A stretch of 64,000 bases of DNA from positions 1,746 through 65,745 of the forward strand of contig JAUILH010000003.1 of assembly GCA_030433115.1 (NCBI GenBank), read 5' to 3'. This document shows, piece by piece, positions 60,550 to 64,000 of the stretch. The position numbers were made by a program, and so were the translations under genes. The stretch comes from Bacteroidia bacterium. Its GTDB lineage: Bacteria; Bacteroidota; Bacteroidia; Flavobacteriales_D; JAUILH01. Positions within the stretch are counted from its first letter, which is position 1. Each line of letters begins with the position of its first letter. The notes under the pieces were generated by a model. It had not been told where the DNA came from, ran no database searches, and worked only from the letters and a program-made list of their open reading frames with translations.

Positions 60550-62537
60550 TTAATCACCGTAATTGTTCCAAACAGCGGATCTGCCTGATTATTCAAATCT
60601 AGTTTGTAGTAGTACACTCCACCTGGTAAACCGTCTGCATTGAAGTTATTCTGATAATTCGTTGCCTTAAACACCGTTTGTCCGCGTCTGTTATAAATCT
60701 CCACCGTATTGTTCTGATAATTGGAGATGTTGTCAACGATCCAAAAATCATTGCTCCCATCGCCATTAGGGGTAATTGTGTTTGGTGGACTGAAGCACTG
60801 GAAAACATCAAAGTAGGCTGTAATATCACAATTTCCATTACTGATATTCACACTGTATAATCCTCCAATATCAGCTACGATGGTTTGTGTATTTGCCCCG
60901 TTGTTCCACAGGTAAGTATCTCCCGGATTGTCTGCATTCAGCACAACAGATGATCCATTACAAATTTCAAACAAGGTCTCCGAAGGATAATCAGGTCTGG
61001 AAAAGTTTGATACGTTGACGGTGTCGCAAGCCACACAATAACCATCATCCACCATCACCCAAACCTGAGCAGCCCCAAACACTTCAATGGTTTGCGTTAT
61101 TTCACCTGTGGACCATGAGTAGTTTAAACCTGGGTTTTGAGCATCCAGCACAACACTGTCCTGATCGCAAGTATTGACATCTCCACCCAAGTCCACTGAG
61201 TGAACCAGACTGCAGTATTTGGAGCATTTAGTGCCTTCAGGCACTGTGCCATTAAATTCTTCAACACCCGTTCCTCCGGGAGTAGAGTTGATATGACCAC
61301 CGTTGCATCCCGCGGTAGAGTTTACCACAATTCCGTTACTTCCTCCTGTTAAATTGCTGTTGATACCGGCTAATGCCACAGCACCTTTATATCGAATAGT
61401 GCCTCCCGCACCACCGCCACCAGGACCAAAACACCGGTTGGTATTGGCTGCAATAGAGGCATCCATATTGCCACCATTTCCACCGTGCAAATCAATGGTC
61501 AAAGTACCGTTGAGATTATCTGCCAGCAAACAAACAGTGCCTCCTGCTCCGCCGCCACCCGCACCGTCTCCATGTGCTTCCGGGGCATTCGTTCCGTAGC
61601 CAAAAATACTTTCCCCGTTACCATCAACATCATCACTTATAATAATGGCTATACCACCCCCATTTCCGCCATGTGTGACCCACATACTATTGGAATGACC
61701 AGCACCGCCGCCGCCACCCATAAAAAGTCGAAAGCCACTGCTTGCCAACGCTCTGCCTCCTATTCCCGGATAGTAACCTTTACAATTGAACAAGCCAGGA
61801 TCGTCATTTTCTCCTCCAATACCCCCGAAACTTAAGTTGGCACCGCCACCACCACCGGAGTTGTGATCGTTTCCACCACCGCCACCATTGGCATATGGAC
61901 CTCTTCCGCCACCATCGGGATCGTAATCTGCAATGCCCTCTCCTTTTTGTGCACCATTTCCTCCTGAAACAGAATAATCGTAATCTGTAAAATTCGCAGC
62001 AAAACTGCACGAGTTGGTAGATAGGAAATGCTGCCCTCCTCTAAAACCTTTGCTCACCAAATTGATGGGAGCGTTGAAAGTCAAAGTGCCTTTGTTGTAC
62101 AACACCAAAACACCACCGGTGGTACCATCCCATGCTTGACAGGTCAATGTATCGGTGATCGTGGCATTGGAATATACCGTCAGTGGTATCAATTGGACTT
62201 TACCCTGACCATAAGCGTTCTCAAACTGCTTCTTAAAATGGATGGTATTTCCGTTTACCGAGCAAACTTCCACCAACTCCCAAGAACCGGCACCATTGTA
62301 ATTGGTAACACCACCATTCACAGTATCTACCTGGGAATTACTAATTTCTGCGCCTTGCATTTGAATCAGGATCAATGAGTCATCTACTTGAATCCCGGAA
62401 GCCGAAACCACATCTACGGAAGATTCATTCATGTCCACGGAACTTACCTCAACATAAGTATTAATGGTACCACTCACATTTTGGGCAAGAGAATTACCAA
62501 GTGATAAACAGAGCAGGACGAGTAAAATGAGCCGCAT
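60546..62537 (-). CDS. Glycine-rich T9SS type B cargo paired with PorP/SprF
   Basis: Signal peptide; AWDGTTGGVL, GKGEG-like, multiple GGGGAG runs; CTD PNTITPNGDGSND...IYNRRG...GVYYY; overlaps the porP/sprF start. Confidence 0.9.
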   Translation of the reverse strand: MRLILLVLLCLSLGNSLAQNVSGTINTYVEVSSVDMNESSVDVVSASGIQVDDSLILIQMQGAEISNSQVDTVNGGVTNYNGAGSWELVEVCSVNGNTIHFKKQFENAYGQGKVQLIPLTVYSNATITDTLTCQAWDGTTGGVLVLYNKGTLTFNAPINLVSKGFRGGQHFLSTNSCSFAANFTDYDYSVSGGNGAQKGEGIADYDPDGGGRGPYANGGGGGNDHNSGGGGGANLSFGGIGGENDDPGLFNCKGYYPGIGGRALASSGFRLFMGGGGGAGHSNSMWVTHGGNGGGIAIIISDDVDGNGESIFGYGTNAPEAHGDGAGGGGAGGTVCLLADNLNGTLTIDLHGGNGGNMDASIAANTNRCFGPGGGGAGGTIRYKGAVALAGINSNLTGGSNGIVVNSTAGCNGGHINSTPGGTGVEEFNGTVPEGTKCSKYCSLVHSVDLGGDVNTCDQDSVVLDAQNPGLNYSWSTGEITQTIEVFGAAQVWVMVDDGYCVACDTVNVSNFSRPDYPSETLFEICNGSSVVLNADNPGDTYLWNNGANTQTIVADIGGLYSVNISNGNCDITAYFDVFQCFSPPNTITPNGDGSNDFWIVDNISNYQNNTVEIYNRRGQTVFKATNYQNNFNADGLPGGVYYYKLDLNNQADPLFGTITVIK

Positions 62538-62647
62538 ACCTTAAAATTACGATAATCCTTCTAATTTGAATCACATGATTATACCAGCGTCAATGAAAAC
62601 CAGATGAATGGACTCCTTGGATCAATAAGATGTTGAAACACATTTTA

Positions 62648-63943
62648 TCAGTTCTTCCAAAATATGGATTCGCCAAGTTGCTCAAGTAAACGTTTGTTCT
62701 CTTTGGTTTCATTGGCTCTCACTAGGTTCAAACTCCATAGATAAACAATGCCATTCACATGTCCCTTGACCAGACTTTGATTTTTTAATACCAGAATAGT
62801 CTGCTCAAATAACTTTCGATCTCTGCTTAAAATCAACTCCATCATCGCATGCTTGCCCAAGTCTGGTAAACCATCACAATTTAATACATACTGGCTCATC
62901 AGTTCCGTATCTCCGGGCTCATCAAAAATGGTCTTAAAATGAGGGTAAAAATCGCTGAGATTAAAATAGTAGTACGCCAATTCCTCTTTGTTGAGACAGG
63001 CCTTTTCAAAGCTTGTCCTTATTTCTTTCTTTCCTTTTTCAGGATTTAAGAAAAAGAAAATACTGTTGAACCTTTGTAGTTCCCCTAAATCTGTTTTTGG
63101 CTTGTCACATGCCTGTCTGTATTTATCAACGATTCTTGCAGCCTCTAAATTCTTTGTTTTAAAGTGCCTCAATAAGTTAAATACATAAAAATTATAGTAG
63201 TGTGTACCCCGAGCAAATGTGTCGAGTTGGTTCCAGTAACTCAGCAACTCAATTTGAGTTTTTTTAGGATACAGTCGATACATCAACTTATAAAACCTCT
63301 CTCCCTTACCGTTACTTGGTCCACGATTGAATTGGCTTCTTAAAACCATTTCAGCTTTTTTCTTGTTGGATTCACTTAGCTGTTCCGCCCAGTCATTAAT
63401 TAGTCTGTGATTAAGCCCCGCATATTGAGATGTATCACTGAGTTTATCATCCAGATAGTCATTCACCCAATCTTTGTTCGCTGTTGATGAAATGGCATAA
63501 TCCATCAGTACTTTTTTGTCTCTATAATAAGCTGGACAGCCTTCCTCCGACAATAGAAAAAAGACCAGTTGCTGACTCTCTTTACGGTTAGGATGGTGTG
63601 CAATGCCATCCAGAAGGGCTCTTATCATCAAACCATAGTTATCAGTGTTATCGCTTTCTTCCAGAATTCTTAAATAATAATACTCAACTGGTACTGGCAA
63701 TGGAGCTTCACCGGTGTAATGACCATTAAATTCTGGTAAACTGGGTTTTACGTGCAATCGAGAATTTTGAATTTCAAAAAAAGATTCCCAAATACTCTGT
63801 TCTTTGGCAAAGAACGTCTGGTATTGTTCCTTATCTTTTTTTAATCGATGAGCCCTCCTAACGATTTTGGACAAATCATACTCGAATTGCGCGTGAGCCG
63901 GCAAACCAATCCACAGAACAAAAGAGAGTAGCGCAAATTTCAT
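62648..63943 (-). CDS. Hypothetical exported helical protein
   Basis: 431-aa ORF with a signal peptide (…PAHA|Q); no family recognised. Confidence 0.7.
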   Translation of the reverse strand: MKFALLSFVLWIGLPAHAQFEYDLSKIVRRAHRLKKDKEQYQTFFAKEQSIWESFFEIQNSRLHVKPSLPEFNGHYTGEAPLPVPVEYYYLRILEESDNTDNYGLMIRALLDGIAHHPNRKESQQLVFFLLSEEGCPAYYRDKKVLMDYAISSTANKDWVNDYLDDKLSDTSQYAGLNHRLINDWAEQLSESNKKKAEMVLRSQFNRGPSNGKGERFYKLMYRLYPKKTQIELLSYWNQLDTFARGTHYYNFYVFNLLRHFKTKNLEAARIVDKYRQACDKPKTDLGELQRFNSIFFFLNPEKGKKEIRTSFEKACLNKEELAYYYFNLSDFYPHFKTIFDEPGDTELMSQYVLNCDGLPDLGKHAMMELILSRDRKLFEQTILVLKNQSLVKGHVNGIVYLWSLNLVRANETKENKRLLEQLGESIFWKN

Positions 63944-64000
63944 ATGTGAAAATTACGATATCCTCAGGCGTATTTGTAGGAAGATTGTGTGAACGGTTAT

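Noticed and set aside
1-64000. tRNA, rRNA, IS elements, integrases, prophage or defence genes
   Set aside because: None was recognisable in the ORFs or in the short intergenic regions.

Overview
Gene-dense chromosomal window from a Bacteroidota bacterium, probably Flavobacteriales-like. This is inferred from the TAnnTTTG-type promoters, eight type IX secretion (T9SS) cargo genes, a PorP/SprF gene and the long form of PurF. Housekeeping content: sufA-sufB-(inserted lipoprotein)-sufC-sufD-sufS, trpS, plsC-gatC, a bacilliredoxin, tadA, nbaC, purF and pccB. Signalling content: a propeller/Y_Y_Y/SpoIIE sensor phosphatase, two tandem TPR histidine kinases, a NarL-type regulator and a solo LuxR HTH protein. 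I found no rRNA, tRNA, transposase, integrase, prophage or true CRISPR array. The most notable signals are: (1) three tandem T9SS cargo genes (36846-45173) sharing a ~180-aa module that ends in the near-invariant peptide C-x-STRANHNTTRSN(K/R)TQP just before the sorting domain, encoded by different synonymous codons; (2) a perfect 33-bp duplication of the sensor-phosphatase 3' end around a 44-bp REP-like fragment (48371-48480); (3) paired CTACG-N8-CGTAG boxes ahead of the response regulator and the solo LuxR gene; (4) clear operator palindromes at suf and tetR, a REP/MITE-like element and a candidate structured RNA. All functional calls come from motif recognition by eye; no searches were run.
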